DNA of 57,863 bases, taken from contig SYCI01000145.1 of the NCBI GenBank assembly GCA_005787035.1, positions 1 to 57,863 on the forward strand. The letters are read 5' to 3'. The notes below the pieces were generated by a model. That model was not told the origin of the DNA, did no database searches, and saw only the letters and a program-made list of their open reading frames with translations. The translations under genes and the position numbers were made by a program. Below are positions 28,286 to 37,455 of this stretch, piece by piece; position 1 is the stretch's first letter; each line of letters opens with the position of its first letter. The DNA comes from Actinomycetota bacterium. GTDB taxonomy: Bacteria > Actinomycetota > Acidimicrobiia > Acidimicrobiales > Ilumatobacteraceae.

Positions 28286-28936
28286 TTCGCTGATCGTCGC
28301 GCCGACGACTCGACGCACATCTTCGTACCCGAGGCCAGTCGAGGCCGCGGACGAAGCGACGTCGTGCGAACTGAAACCATCGACCACGAGCAGTTCGTCG
28401 AGGATGCTCGGGTCCCAATGGATGGAGAGCGCGCACTGAAAACGCGCCCAGTCGCGCGTGCGCCGCTGACTCACACCCACGACTTTGGCTTCGCCGGCGA
28501 AGAGTTCACCGGGTCCGCGACCATCGAAACACACGAGTGAGGACCACCGCGTACGAACCATCGGCCCGTCGTGTCGCTCGAGCCCGCTCACACCCACCTC
28601 GGCCAGACCCCGCGCCCACGCGTCGGCGAGCCAGCGACCGGCAGTGGACACATCGTCGTTCCACAGCGCATGGCGACGGGGAATCAAGACGTCGAGCCAC
28701 ACCACCCGACCCGAGCCCACGATGACGATCCCTCCCCCACTGCGCCGCCGGGCGACATCGATACCGCGCTCACGACAGGCCGACTCGTTCACCAGCGCGT
28801 TGGACTGAGTGGACCCGAGTACGAGAGAAGTGCGATCACATTCGAGCCACCACAGGTGGGGCTCGGGCGATTCGGGAAGCGGCCGACTGTGAAGTTCTTG
28901 CGCGCTACCCGACCAGCGTTCCTCGATGATCGTCAT
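28271..28936 (-). CDS. minimal lipoate/octanoyl-protein ligase-family (BPL_LplA_LipB) protein
   Basis: Motifs RRRSGGGIVIV and catalytic-Lys region GEAKVVGVSQRR. 221 aa, with no LplA C-terminal domain. Start trimmed to ATG 28936. Confidence 0.65.
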   Translation of the reverse strand: MTIIEERWSGSAQELHSRPLPESPEPHLWWLECDRTSLVLGSTQSNALVNESACRERGIDVARRRSGGGIVIVGSGRVVWLDVLIPRRHALWNDDVSTAGRWLADAWARGLAEVGVSGLERHDGPMVRTRWSSLVCFDGRGPGELFAGEAKVVGVSQRRTRDWARFQCALSIHWDPSILDELLVVDGFSSHDVASSAASTGLGYEDVRRVVGATISESIGA

Positions 28937-28953
28937 CGGACCTGTCCGACCGA

Positions 28954-29457
28954 CTACGACGCGCGAGCCAGATCGAGATACGGCTTCCAGGCTTCGGGGA
29001 CCCGCCCCACCGAAACCGTGACCCACGCGAGTTCGCGCGGCGCCTTGGGCGGACGGGCGAGCTTCATGCCCGCTTCGTCCGGAGTGCGATCACGCTTGTC
29101 GAGATTGCAACGTCGACAGGCCGCGGCGACGTTCTCCCAGATGTGCAGACCTCCGCGAGACCGCGGCATCACGTGGTCGATCGAGTCGGCCAAACCTCCG
29201 CAGTACTGACACCGATGTTCGTCACGGGCGAAAACGGCCCGACGCGAGAGCGACGTGCGACGGTGGTACGGAACCTTCACGACGTAGCGCAGTCTGATCA
29301 CGACCGGATTGGGCAACGAGGTGGACGCCGATCGGAGCAAGGTGCCGTCGTGTTCGACGACGTCGGCTTTATCGGACAGAACGAGGCAGGCTGCCCGGCG
29401 GGCGGGAACGACGCTCAGCGGCTCGTAGGTCGCATTGAGAACGAGCGCGCTCCTCAT
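28954..29457 (-). CDS. HNH endonuclease
   Basis: 167 aa with the HNH/zinc motif HRCQYCGG...IDHVMPRSRGG...WENVAAACRRCNLDK. The N-terminal ~70 aa domain (LNATYEPLSVV...) has unknown function. Confidence 0.85.
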   Translation of the reverse strand: MRSALVLNATYEPLSVVPARRAACLVLSDKADVVEHDGTLLRSASTSLPNPVVIRLRYVVKVPYHRRTSLSRRAVFARDEHRCQYCGGLADSIDHVMPRSRGGLHIWENVAAACRRCNLDKRDRTPDEAGMKLARPPKAPRELAWVTVSVGRVPEAWKPYLDLARAS

Positions 29458-29465
29458 GGGTCACC

Positions 29466-29738
29466 TCACCCGTCGCCGGGTGTACCTCGATCCCACGTAC
29501 GAATCCACTGCAGGTATTTCAGCACATCTTGCGGAGCGAACGACGCCGTTTCCGAACCGTAGTAAGCCTCTTTGCGGAATCGGAGATAGTCGCCCGCCGG
29601 AACCGGCACGAAGGGGCGACGAGTCCACCACCGACTCGGGACGAGCCGGACGTAGGCCACGATCGCGGCACGCCAGAGGACCGGACGAACCAGCACGGCG
29701 AGCACCACGGCCACCCACGACCGCAGTCGACGTATCAA
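29466..29738 (-). CDS. hypothetical small membrane protein
   Basis: 90-aa ORF that fills the otherwise empty 278-nt gap. One N-terminal TM and a Trp/Arg-rich tail. TTG start overlaps the ACAD stop (TTGA); GTG alternatives lie 8-11 codons in. No homologue recognised. Confidence 0.4.
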   Translation of the reverse strand: MIRRLRSWVAVVLAVLVRPVLWRAAIVAYVRLVPSRWWTRRPFVPVPAGDYLRFRKEAYYGSETASFAPQDVLKYLQWIRTWDRGTPGDG

Positions 29739-30949
29739 CGCGGCTCCTTGGGCAGACCCAGCACCATCTCACCGATGATGTTCGACTGGATCTGCGATGA
29801 GCCGGCGTAGATGGTCCCCGCCCGGGCGTTCAGGAACGAGCCCACCCAACTGGCCGAACTGTTGGGTGCCGACCGGTCGTCGGGCTGGAACGCGTTGCTG
29901 GGAAGTCGACCCGTCGGGCAGAGCGCGGCCGCGCCGAGGATCTCGAGCGACAGTTCGGTGACCTCCTTGTGGTACTCGCTCCAGTAGCGCTTGAAGACGC
30001 CGCCGTCGGGACCCGGATGATGTCCGGCAAGAAACTTGGTAAGGGTTCGCAATCCGAGGAATCGCATCACCTGGACCTTGCTGTAGGCCCACGCGAGACG
30101 TTGACGGATTCGGGGATCATCGGCCACACCACATTCCTTGGCGAGCATCAACAAGCGGTCGATCTCGGCCTGGAAACGAACCGGCACCGTGGCCGCACCT
30201 TCTCCGCGTTCGTAGCCGAGCAGGGTCATCGCCACCGCCCAACCGTTGTTCACGCCACCGACCACGTTCTCTTTCGGGCACACGGCATCGGTGTAGAAGA
30301 CCTCGTTGAATTCGCTCTCGCCGCTGATCATCTTGATCGGCCGCACCTCGATGCCGGGTTGCCGCATGTCGACCAGGAGGAACGAAATGCCCTTGTGCTT
30401 GGGCGCGTCGGGATCGGTGCGCGCCAACGTGAAGATGTGGTCGGCGAGATGACCGGCCGAGGTCCAGATCTTCTGACCGTTGAGCACCCACTGATCTCCG
30501 TCGAGTCCGGCACGCAATCCGAGACTCCCGAGGTCGCTCCCCGCATTGGGCTCGCTGTATCCCTGACACCAAACGTCGTCATTGGCGAGGATGCGCGGTA
30601 GGTAGTACTTCTTTTGTTCCTCGGTCCCCCAACGCAACAACGTGTTACCGAGCATCGTGATTCCGAAACCGTCGTTGGGTCCGCCGGTCGGAACACCGGC
30701 CCGGGCGAATTCCTCGGCGAGGATCACCTGCTCGAGGGCCGACAGGCCACCGCCGCCGTACTCGGCCGGCCAGCCGGGCGCGAGGAAGCGTTCGGCGTGC
30801 AAGACCTTGCGCCATTCCATGACCCACGCACGAACTTCGTCACCTTCGAGTCGACCGATGCCGGGAAAGTCCTTCGGAAGGGCACGAGCAAGGAAGTCCT
30901 TGACCCGGTGACGAAACTCTTCGGCTTCTTCGGTGTAGGTGGGGTTCAC
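29735..30949 (-). CDS. acyl-CoA dehydrogenase family protein
   Basis: ACAD signature YSEPNAGSDL and a conserved C-terminal helical domain. Start trimmed to GTG 30949 (VNPTYTEEAEEF), 10 nt after the ROK stop. Confidence 0.85.
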   Translation of the reverse strand: MNPTYTEEAEEFRHRVKDFLARALPKDFPGIGRLEGDEVRAWVMEWRKVLHAERFLAPGWPAEYGGGGLSALEQVILAEEFARAGVPTGGPNDGFGITMLGNTLLRWGTEEQKKYYLPRILANDDVWCQGYSEPNAGSDLGSLGLRAGLDGDQWVLNGQKIWTSAGHLADHIFTLARTDPDAPKHKGISFLLVDMRQPGIEVRPIKMISGESEFNEVFYTDAVCPKENVVGGVNNGWAVAMTLLGYERGEGAATVPVRFQAEIDRLLMLAKECGVADDPRIRQRLAWAYSKVQVMRFLGLRTLTKFLAGHHPGPDGGVFKRYWSEYHKEVTELSLEILGAAALCPTGRLPSNAFQPDDRSAPNSSASWVGSFLNARAGTIYAGSSQIQSNIIGEMVLGLPKEPR

Positions 30950-30959
30950 GAGGTCGAAC

Positions 30960-31865
30960 CTAGTCGCCGAGAACCGCTCCGATCCCCGACCAAGCGAGAG
31001 CAGCGGCACCGACCAGACCCGATCGATCTCCCAGCGCAGCTGGAACGATCGTGCATCCCTTGGTGAACGTGAGGCGTGAACGCTCTGCGAACTCACGGCG
31101 GGCGGCCGCGTAGAAATCATCGCCCCAACCGAGGCCGATGCCCCCACCGATCACCGCCAACTCGACACTGGTGAGCGCGGCGACCGACGCGAGGGCCCGC
31201 CCGAGGTAGGCCCCGTTGCGCAGGACGAGTGCACGTTTGGTGTAGCGCGCCTCCTGCCCGGTCTCTTCGAGCAAGGCCACTCCGGACGCGTAGGCCTCGA
31301 GACAGCCGTGAGCTCCACATCGACACGGCCGACCTTCGGGCTCGACGATCACGTGACCGATGTGTCCGGCATTGGTGGACTCGCCTTGCAGCAGATGACC
31401 GTCAATGACCAGTCCGCCACCCACTCCCGTGCCGATGATGACTCCCACGAAGTCAGCGTGACCTCGCGCCGCGCCGAGCCAACCCTCACCGAGCGCGAAA
31501 GCTTTCGCATCGTTGTCGACGAAGGCCTCGACCCCCAGAAGATCGGCGAGTGAAGTGGCGAGCGGAAAGTCGCGCCAGGCCGGAATGTGAAGGGGCGAAA
31601 CCGTGGACCCTCCGGCAGCCATCGGCCCGCCACAACCCGCTCCGCAAGCAACGACATCGATATCGGGCGCGGCGGCGCGGATGCGATTCAGAAGACTCGC
31701 CAGCGCGGACCACGGATCGCGACTCGGAGTTGCGATTCGATCCCGAACGACGATCGAACCGTTGTCGAGAACGACGGCGGCGGCCAACTTGGTACCGCCG
31801 ATGTCGACGGCGACGACTCCTCGTTGGCGGGGAAGGTCAGTCGGGACGTCGGGCGACACCCGCAC
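30960..31865 (-). CDS. ROK-family sugar kinase
   Basis: ATP-binding VAVDIGGTKLA and the ROK zinc motif CRCGAHGCLEAY. No N-terminal HTH. The start may lie a little downstream, because 31865 overlaps the DUF3040 gene by 29 nt. Confidence 0.85.
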   Translation of the reverse strand: MRVSPDVPTDLPRQRGVVAVDIGGTKLAAAVVLDNGSIVVRDRIATPSRDPWSALASLLNRIRAAAPDIDVVACGAGCGGPMAAGGSTVSPLHIPAWRDFPLATSLADLLGVEAFVDNDAKAFALGEGWLGAARGHADFVGVIIGTGVGGGLVIDGHLLQGESTNAGHIGHVIVEPEGRPCRCGAHGCLEAYASGVALLEETGQEARYTKRALVLRNGAYLGRALASVAALTSVELAVIGGGIGLGWGDDFYAAARREFAERSRLTFTKGCTIVPAALGDRSGLVGAAALAWSGIGAVLGD

Positions 31866-32172
31866 GCGCCTTGCGAATCGCCCCGGCGACGTCCTGGATG
31901 CCGGCTCGTCCGATGGCCCGGGCGTTGCGTTCGATGATCGCGAGCAGGATCAACATGCCGATGAACACGCCGAAGGCCGCAACGAAGTGCAGCTGCAGGG
32001 CGACCACGAGGAGGGCGATACCCGCGACGAGTCCGAGAATCGACCAGCGAACCGTGCGCACCGAGTGCTGATACAGACCCGAGGGCGACACCGCCTTCGC
32101 GAAGTCGGAGTCGTTCTGCAGTTCGGCTTCGATCTGCCGCAGGATCCTCTGTTCGTCATCGGAAAGACTCAT
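31837..32172 (-). CDS. DUF3040-type membrane protein
   Basis: Characteristic N-terminus MSLSDDEQRILRQIEAEL followed by 2 TM. Start trimmed to ATG 32172. Confidence 0.65.
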   Translation of the reverse strand: MSLSDDEQRILRQIEAELQNDSDFAKAVSPSGLYQHSVRTVRWSILGLVAGIALLVVALQLHFVAAFGVFIGMLILLAIIERNARAIGRAGIQDVAGAIRKARAGVARRPD

Positions 32173-32237
32173 CGGTTTCACTCCTCTCCGGACATTGTCA
32201 CAGAGAACCGGCCCGGGGGCAACGCGTCGACGAGCGA

Positions 32238-33506
32238 CTATTCCTCGGCCTCGGGTCTCGTTTCCGCATTCGGACCCCACGGACTCGAACGGGTCCGGCG
32301 AACCGAGCCGGCCGGAGCGATGGCATCGTGCCCGAAACGATCACGAATCGCGTCCACCGCCCGACTCGCCGGCGACCACTTGCGGTCCATGGCCGACACG
32401 TCCGGACCGGCATCGTCGGTCGCATCGAATAGTGACATCTGCTCGACCGGCTCCACGAAATTGGCCACGCTCACGCCCACCAGACGGACCCCGATGGCGG
32501 GGTCGAATGACGTCAGCGCCGAGGTGAGGGCTACGACGAGCGCCGGCGCGGTGGTCATGGGCGCCTCGGGTGTGACCGACCGGGTGATCGTCTCGAACGA
32601 CGAGAAACGGATCTTCAACGTCACCGTGCGGGCCGCCCATCCATGTCGACGGAGCCGGGAGGCGACGAGATCGCTCAGACGTACCACCTCGGCCCGAATC
32701 TCCTCCACCGAGTGGATGTCGCGTGAGAACGTCTCCTCCTGGCCGATCGACTTGGCTTCGCGTTCGGAAACCACGGCTCGATCGTCGTGACCGCGTGAGA
32801 GCTCGAGCAGATGCGTTCCGTGCGCCCGGCCGATCGATCGCAGGACGACTTCGTCGGGAAGCGCGGCCAGATCACCCACCGTGTGGACGGCGAGTCGCTC
32901 GAGTTTGCGAAGAGTCGCCGGCCCCACACCCCAGAGCGCCGAAACCGGAAGTGGATGGAGGAACTCAAGCTCGTGACCCGGTTCCACCACGAGAACACCG
33001 GGACCGTCGACAACGCCCCGCGGCGTCAAGCGTGGCTTGGCGGCCTTCGATGCCAACTTGGCGATGAATTTCGTGGCCGCCACACCCACCGAACACGGAA
33101 GGTCGAGTCGCTCACGGACCTCGTTGCGGATTCGAGTACCGATGTCGGCGCCGTCACCGAAGAGCCGCACCGCTCCCGAGACATCGAGAAATGCTTCGTC
33201 GAGGGCGATCGGTTCGACGAGAGGCGTGATGGAACCGAAGATCTCGTGAACTTCACGACTGACCTCGGCGTAGTGAGCGTGATCTCCCGGCAGAAACACC
33301 GCCTGCGGGCACAACCGCTTGGCTTGTGACGACGCCATGGCCGAGAAGACTCCGTAGCGACGGGCTTCGTAGTTCGCCGCCGCCACCACTCCCCGGGCAC
33401 CCGAACCACCGACCACCACCGGACGACCGACCAGCTCGGGGTGGCGCCGCATCTCGACCGACACGTAAAACGCGTCCATGTCGACATGAAGGATGGTCCG
33501 ACTCAT
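32238..33506 (-). CDS. dinB: DNA polymerase IV (Y-family)
   Basis: N-terminus ILHVDMDAFYVSVE and palm/finger motifs. Start trimmed to ATG 33506 (ATGA overlap with the ppm1 stop). Confidence 0.93.
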   Translation of the reverse strand: MSRTILHVDMDAFYVSVEMRRHPELVGRPVVVGGSGARGVVAAANYEARRYGVFSAMASSQAKRLCPQAVFLPGDHAHYAEVSREVHEIFGSITPLVEPIALDEAFLDVSGAVRLFGDGADIGTRIRNEVRERLDLPCSVGVAATKFIAKLASKAAKPRLTPRGVVDGPGVLVVEPGHELEFLHPLPVSALWGVGPATLRKLERLAVHTVGDLAALPDEVVLRSIGRAHGTHLLELSRGHDDRAVVSEREAKSIGQEETFSRDIHSVEEIRAEVVRLSDLVASRLRRHGWAARTVTLKIRFSSFETITRSVTPEAPMTTAPALVVALTSALTSFDPAIGVRLVGVSVANFVEPVEQMSLFDATDDAGPDVSAMDRKWSPASRAVDAIRDRFGHDAIAPAGSVRRTRSSPWGPNAETRPEAEE

Positions 33507-34261
33507 GACTTCCGCCGACGGCCCCTTCGCCAGTCCTTCCATGCCAGAGCCGTCACGAGACGGAAGGCTTCGCCGATGATGTGGTGACTGAGCTTCGATT
33601 CACCGCGCACTCGATCGGCGAAGACGATGGGGATCTCGACGATCCGCCCGCGACACCGTACGAGTCGATGGGTCATCTCCACCTGGAAGCCGTAACCCTC
33701 GGCGGTCACTCCCTCGAAGTCCATCCGCCGCAACGCATCCGACGAATAGGCCCGAAAACCACTCGTCGAGTCGTTGACGGCGAGACCGAGCATCCCCGCC
33801 GCGTATCGGTTGCCCCATCGGGAGAGAAACCGACGTAGGTAGGGCCAATTGACGCAATCTCCTCCGGGTACGTAGCGGCTGCCGATGGACGCGTCGGCAC
33901 CGAGGCGGACCGCGGAGACGAGTTCGCGAAGGTACACCGGGTCGTGCGAGAGGTCGGCGTCCATCTGCACACAGATCGACGCTCCTTCGTCCATCGCCTG
34001 CCGAAATCCCGCTCGATAGGCCGCACCCAAACCTTGCTTCCCGGCTCGACACAGAACCCCGACCCGTCCGTCGCGCGCGGACATCTCTTCGACGATGGCG
34101 GCCGTACCGTCGGGACTCGCGTCGTCCACCACGAGGATCCGCGCCGCTGACAACTCGCGCCGAACACGGGAGATCAGATCAGCGATGTTGTCGGCCTCTT
34201 GGTAGGTGGGCACGACGACCCACACGCCATCTCCGTCGGTGCCGACCTCTTCTGCTCCCAC
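33503..34261 (-). CDS. ppm1: polyprenol-phosphate mannosyltransferase (GT2, Ppm1/Dpm1-like)
   Basis: GT2 motifs VVVPTYQEADNI and VVDDASPDGT, with DAD (QMDADLSHDP). About 250 aa, soluble catalytic type. Confidence 0.8.
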   Translation of the reverse strand: MGAEEVGTDGDGVWVVVPTYQEADNIADLISRVRRELSAARILVVDDASPDGTAAIVEEMSARDGRVGVLCRAGKQGLGAAYRAGFRQAMDEGASICVQMDADLSHDPVYLRELVSAVRLGADASIGSRYVPGGDCVNWPYLRRFLSRWGNRYAAGMLGLAVNDSTSGFRAYSSDALRRMDFEGVTAEGYGFQVEMTHRLVRCRGRIVEIPIVFADRVRGESKLSHHIIGEAFRLVTALAWKDWRRGRRRKS

Positions 34262-34283
34262 GTCGCGAGCCTACGATGATCCC

Positions 34284-34541
34284 GTGTCCAACGAGCGTCC
34301 CCTCTCGGCTCTGCCGTCTCCACTGGCTCGCGCGCTCGCGTTCGTCTCGATCCTCATCGGCGGCCTCTCTGGTGGACTCATCGGCTACGCGTTGGTCGAC
34401 ATTCAGTACGACGGATCGGCACAATGGCCACTCGGCCTCGGAATTCTCGTCGGATCAGTCGCCTCGGCCGCCGGGACCGCCGTCGTCGCCATCCTGGTCC
34501 TGCGGGCCATCGGTGAATGGCGCAGTATCGACGACCGATGA
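34284..34541 (+). CDS. hypothetical 2-TM membrane protein
   Basis: GTG 34284. Two hydrophobic helices (LAFVSILIGGLSGGLIGYALV, LGILVGSVASAAGTAVVAILVL). The stop forms an ATGA junction with the IMPase start. Confidence 0.45.
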   Translation: MSNERPLSALPSPLARALAFVSILIGGLSGGLIGYALVDIQYDGSAQWPLGLGILVGSVASAAGTAVVAILVLRAIGEWRSIDDR

Positions 34542-35317
34542 CGATCGACCCCACGAGTCTCATGAATCTCGCGGCACGGGTCGCGCGTCGCGCGGGTGAT
34601 CTCGTGATCGAAGGTCGTCGGCGAGGCAGCGTTGCGGTCGACACGAAATCCTCGGCCACCGACATGGTGACCGAATGGGACCGGCTCAGTGAACGAACCA
34701 TCGTGGGTGCCCTACGAGACGCTCGGCCGGACGACGGCATCATCGGCGAGGAGGGCACCGAGGTCGCTTCGCGATCCGGCGTGTCATGGCTGATCGACCC
34801 CATCGACGGAACGACCAACTTCCTCTACGGATTGAGCGGCTACGCGGTCTCGATCGCGGCCGTCGATGACGACGGCTCACTCGCCGGCGCGGTGTTCTTG
34901 CCGGCGACTCGCGAATTGTTCGTCGCCGCCCGCGGACAGGGTGCGTGGCTCGGCGGGCGTCGGCTGAGCTGCTCGCGCCTCACCGATCCGGCGACGGCAC
35001 TCATCGGAACCGGCTTTTCGTATTCGGCGGCCCGTCGCGCCGAACAGGGTGAACGAATCGGTCGCTTACTCCCCCGTGTACGCGACATCCGTCGGTTGGG
35101 GGCGGCCGCTCCCGACCTCTGCTTCGTCGCCGACGGTCGCATCGATGCGTACTTCGAAGAGAACCTCTCAGCGTGGGACTTGGCCGCCGGAATCCTCGTG
35201 GCCACCGAGGCCGGGGCGATCGCGTCCGACTTCTCCGGTGGACCACCCCGCCCGGCCGAGGTTCTCGTGGCTCCGCCGGCGTTGCATCCGCACCTCGTCC
35301 GACTCCTCGCCGACTGA
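34538..35317 (+). CDS. inositol monophosphatase-family phosphatase (SuhB/ImpA/HisN-like)
   Basis: Motifs EEG...WLIDPIDGTTNF and WD..AG. ATG 34538 (alternative 34517). Confidence 0.85.
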   Translation: MTIDPTSLMNLAARVARRAGDLVIEGRRRGSVAVDTKSSATDMVTEWDRLSERTIVGALRDARPDDGIIGEEGTEVASRSGVSWLIDPIDGTTNFLYGLSGYAVSIAAVDDDGSLAGAVFLPATRELFVAARGQGAWLGGRRLSCSRLTDPATALIGTGFSYSAARRAEQGERIGRLLPRVRDIRRLGAAAPDLCFVADGRIDAYFEENLSAWDLAAGILVATEAGAIASDFSGGPPRPAEVLVAPPALHPHLVRLLAD

Positions 35318-35356
35318 TCACCGGCGGACACGCCGATTATCGGGCAACATGGAGGT

Positions 35357-36037
35357 GTGGGCACGCGAATCCTGACCGTCGAGGACGATGAGCGCATTCG
35401 TTCGGCCGTGAAGCTGGCCCTCGAAGACGAGGGCTGGACCGTCGACGAGGCCGCCAGTGGAGAAGAAGCGGTCATCCTCTTCTCGCGCCAGCCGTCCGAT
35501 GTCGTTCTGATCGACATCATGCTTCCCGGTATCGACGGCTTCGAGTTGTGCCGGACGATTCGTCGAACGAGTGACGTTCCGATCGTGATGGTCACCGCCC
35601 GCGCCGATACGCACGATGTCGTCGCCGGACTCGAAGCCGGAGCCGACGACTACCTCACCAAGCCCTTCGCCCCCAAGGAACTCTCGGCACGTATTCGCGC
35701 TCTGTTGCGTCGGGCCCGCCCCTCGACACCCGGCAACGCCCGCTTGGTGTTCGGCGACCTCGAGATCGTTCCCGATGAAGGCAAAGTTCTGCGCTCCGGA
35801 GAAGAACTCCACCTCACCAAGACCGAGTTCCGACTCTTGTGTGAGTTGGCCCAAGTTCCCGGCCGGGTCTACAGCCGCGAACATCTCCTCGATCACGTGT
35901 GGGGTTACGACTATTTCGGTGACGGACGACTCGTCGACGTTCACGTTCGGCGCCTGCGAACCAAGGTCGAGAGCGACCCCGCCAATCCGCGTCACGTCGT
36001 GACGGTTCGTGGCCTCGGCTACCGGCTCCAGTCCTGA
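35357..36037 (+). CDS. mtrA: OmpR-family response regulator MtrA
   Basis: Receiver domain (VLIDIMLPGIDG) plus winged helix (VRGLGYRL). Followed by mtrB and a lipoprotein gene, as in the actinobacterial mtrAB-lpqB operon. GTG start. Confidence 0.85.
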   Translation: MGTRILTVEDDERIRSAVKLALEDEGWTVDEAASGEEAVILFSRQPSDVVLIDIMLPGIDGFELCRTIRRTSDVPIVMVTARADTHDVVAGLEAGADDYLTKPFAPKELSARIRALLRRARPSTPGNARLVFGDLEIVPDEGKVLRSGEELHLTKTEFRLLCELAQVPGRVYSREHLLDHVWGYDYFGDGRLVDVHVRRLRTKVESDPANPRHVVTVRGLGYRLQS

Positions 36038-36039
36038 AC

Positions 36040-37455
36040 TTGGCCGACGTGACGACTCCGCGGAGCCGCTTCCGATTCGGCATCGGATTACGAACCCGCA
36101 TCCTTTTGACCTTCGGACTCGGAAGTCTGGCCCTCTCGGCGTTCCTGGCGTTCACCACGTACAACTTCACCCGCTCCAACGTCGTCGACGACCGCGAGGC
36201 GAGCGCGATCGACCGGGCCTACGACGGCGCGGTGCGGATCTCCGGTGATCTCCGATCCAATCCGGCCAACGTGCAATCGGTCGTCGATCGCTTGGGTGTG
36301 GATCGACCGCTCGTTCATTTCCGCGGAACCTGGACCGCCGGCGATGCGCGCTTCTCGTCGGCTGAGGTTCCCGCCAACCTTCTGACGGCGGTCCTCGACG
36401 ATCGGCGTCCCTCCACGATGCGTCTCGATGTGGGTGGGGAACTCGTCCTCGCCGTGGGCATTCCCCTCGAAGAGGTCGACGGCTCGTACTTCGAATTCGC
36501 GTCGCTCGAGGAGGCGCAGAGCACCCTGCGCAGCGTCGGTCTGGCCCTGATCTTCGCGGCCGGCATCACCACCTTGCTCGGAGTCGTGCTCGGCGCCATC
36601 TCGGCCTCGCGTTCGGTACGACCGTTGACGGCCGCCAGCCAAGCGGCCCGGGCCCTGGCCAGTGGTCGCCTCGACACCCGACTCGAAGCCACCGACGACC
36701 CGGATCTCTCGGTTCTCACTCAGTCGTTCAACGACATGGCGGCCGCACTGCAGACGCGCGTCGAACGCGATGCCCGCTTCACATCCGATGTGAGCCACGA
36801 ACTCCGCTCACCACTCATGACTCTCTCGGCGAGTGTCGAGGTCATGAAGGCACGTCGCGACGAGATGCCCGAGCGAGCCCAGGCCGCACTCGACCTCCTC
36901 GTGGCCGACGTGGCCCGCTTCCAAGGAATGGTCGAGGACCTCCTCGAGATCTCGCGCTTCGATGCCGGTGTCGTCCGCCTCAACGTCGACGAGCTGCTCG
37001 TCGGCGAATTCGTTCGTCAAGCGGTGGCGGCGAGCAGTCTCCCCCGTTGCCCGGTACTCGTCTCGGCCCAAGCCGAGAACATGATGATCCGCGGCGACAA
37101 ACGACGGCTCGCCCGCGTGATCGCCAACCTCATCGACAACGGCCGTATCCACGGTGGCGGTGAAGTCGAGATTTCCGTCTTCGTCCCCGACGACGAGATG
37201 CCCGCCAGCACGGTCTGGATCACGGTCGAGGACCACGGCTCGGGTGTGCCCGTGGAAGAGCGCGATCTCGTCTTCGAGCGCTTCGCCCGCGGTGGGGTCG
37301 CCGGACGAAGGAGCAGTTCGGAGGGCGCCGGACTCGGGCTCGCGCTCGTCGATGAACACGTGAAACTCCACCGCGGTCGGGTGTGGGTCGAGGATCGCCA
37401 CGATGGAACGGAGGGTTCGTGTTTCATCATCGAACTACCGGCCGAGGCCGTATGA
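36040..37455 (+). CDS. mtrB: sensor histidine kinase MtrB
   Basis: 2 TM, HAMP, H-box SDVSHELRSPL, N-box LIDNGRIHG and G-box GAGLGLALV. TTG 36040 or GTG 36049 start. Confidence 0.8.
   Translation: MADVTTPRSRFRFGIGLRTRILLTFGLGSLALSAFLAFTTYNFTRSNVVDDREASAIDRAYDGAVRISGDLRSNPANVQSVVDRLGVDRPLVHFRGTWTAGDARFSSAEVPANLLTAVLDDRRPSTMRLDVGGELVLAVGIPLEEVDGSYFEFASLEEAQSTLRSVGLALIFAAGITTLLGVVLGAISASRSVRPLTAASQAARALASGRLDTRLEATDDPDLSVLTQSFNDMAAALQTRVERDARFTSDVSHELRSPLMTLSASVEVMKARRDEMPERAQAALDLLVADVARFQGMVEDLLEISRFDAGVVRLNVDELLVGEFVRQAVAASSLPRCPVLVSAQAENMMIRGDKRRLARVIANLIDNGRIHGGGEVEISVFVPDDEMPASTVWITVEDHGSGVPVEERDLVFERFARGGVAGRRSSSEGAGLGLALVDEHVKLHRGRVWVEDRHDGTEGSCFIIELPAEAV

Noticed and set aside
28954-29457. 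HNH endonuclease as a mobile homing endonuclease, a restriction-system component or a defence gene.
   Set aside because: There is no adjacent methyltransferase, ATPase, integrase, intron/intein context or flanking repeats. GC content and codon style match the neighbours, and the gene is packed within a co-directional operon.
32173-32237. Searched for SOS (LexA) or PafBC/RecA-NDp-type promoter motifs near dinB and DUF3040.
   Set aside because: There is no TCGAAC-N4-GTTCGA. A TGTCCGG fragment is not followed by a TAnnnT hexamer at the right spacing.
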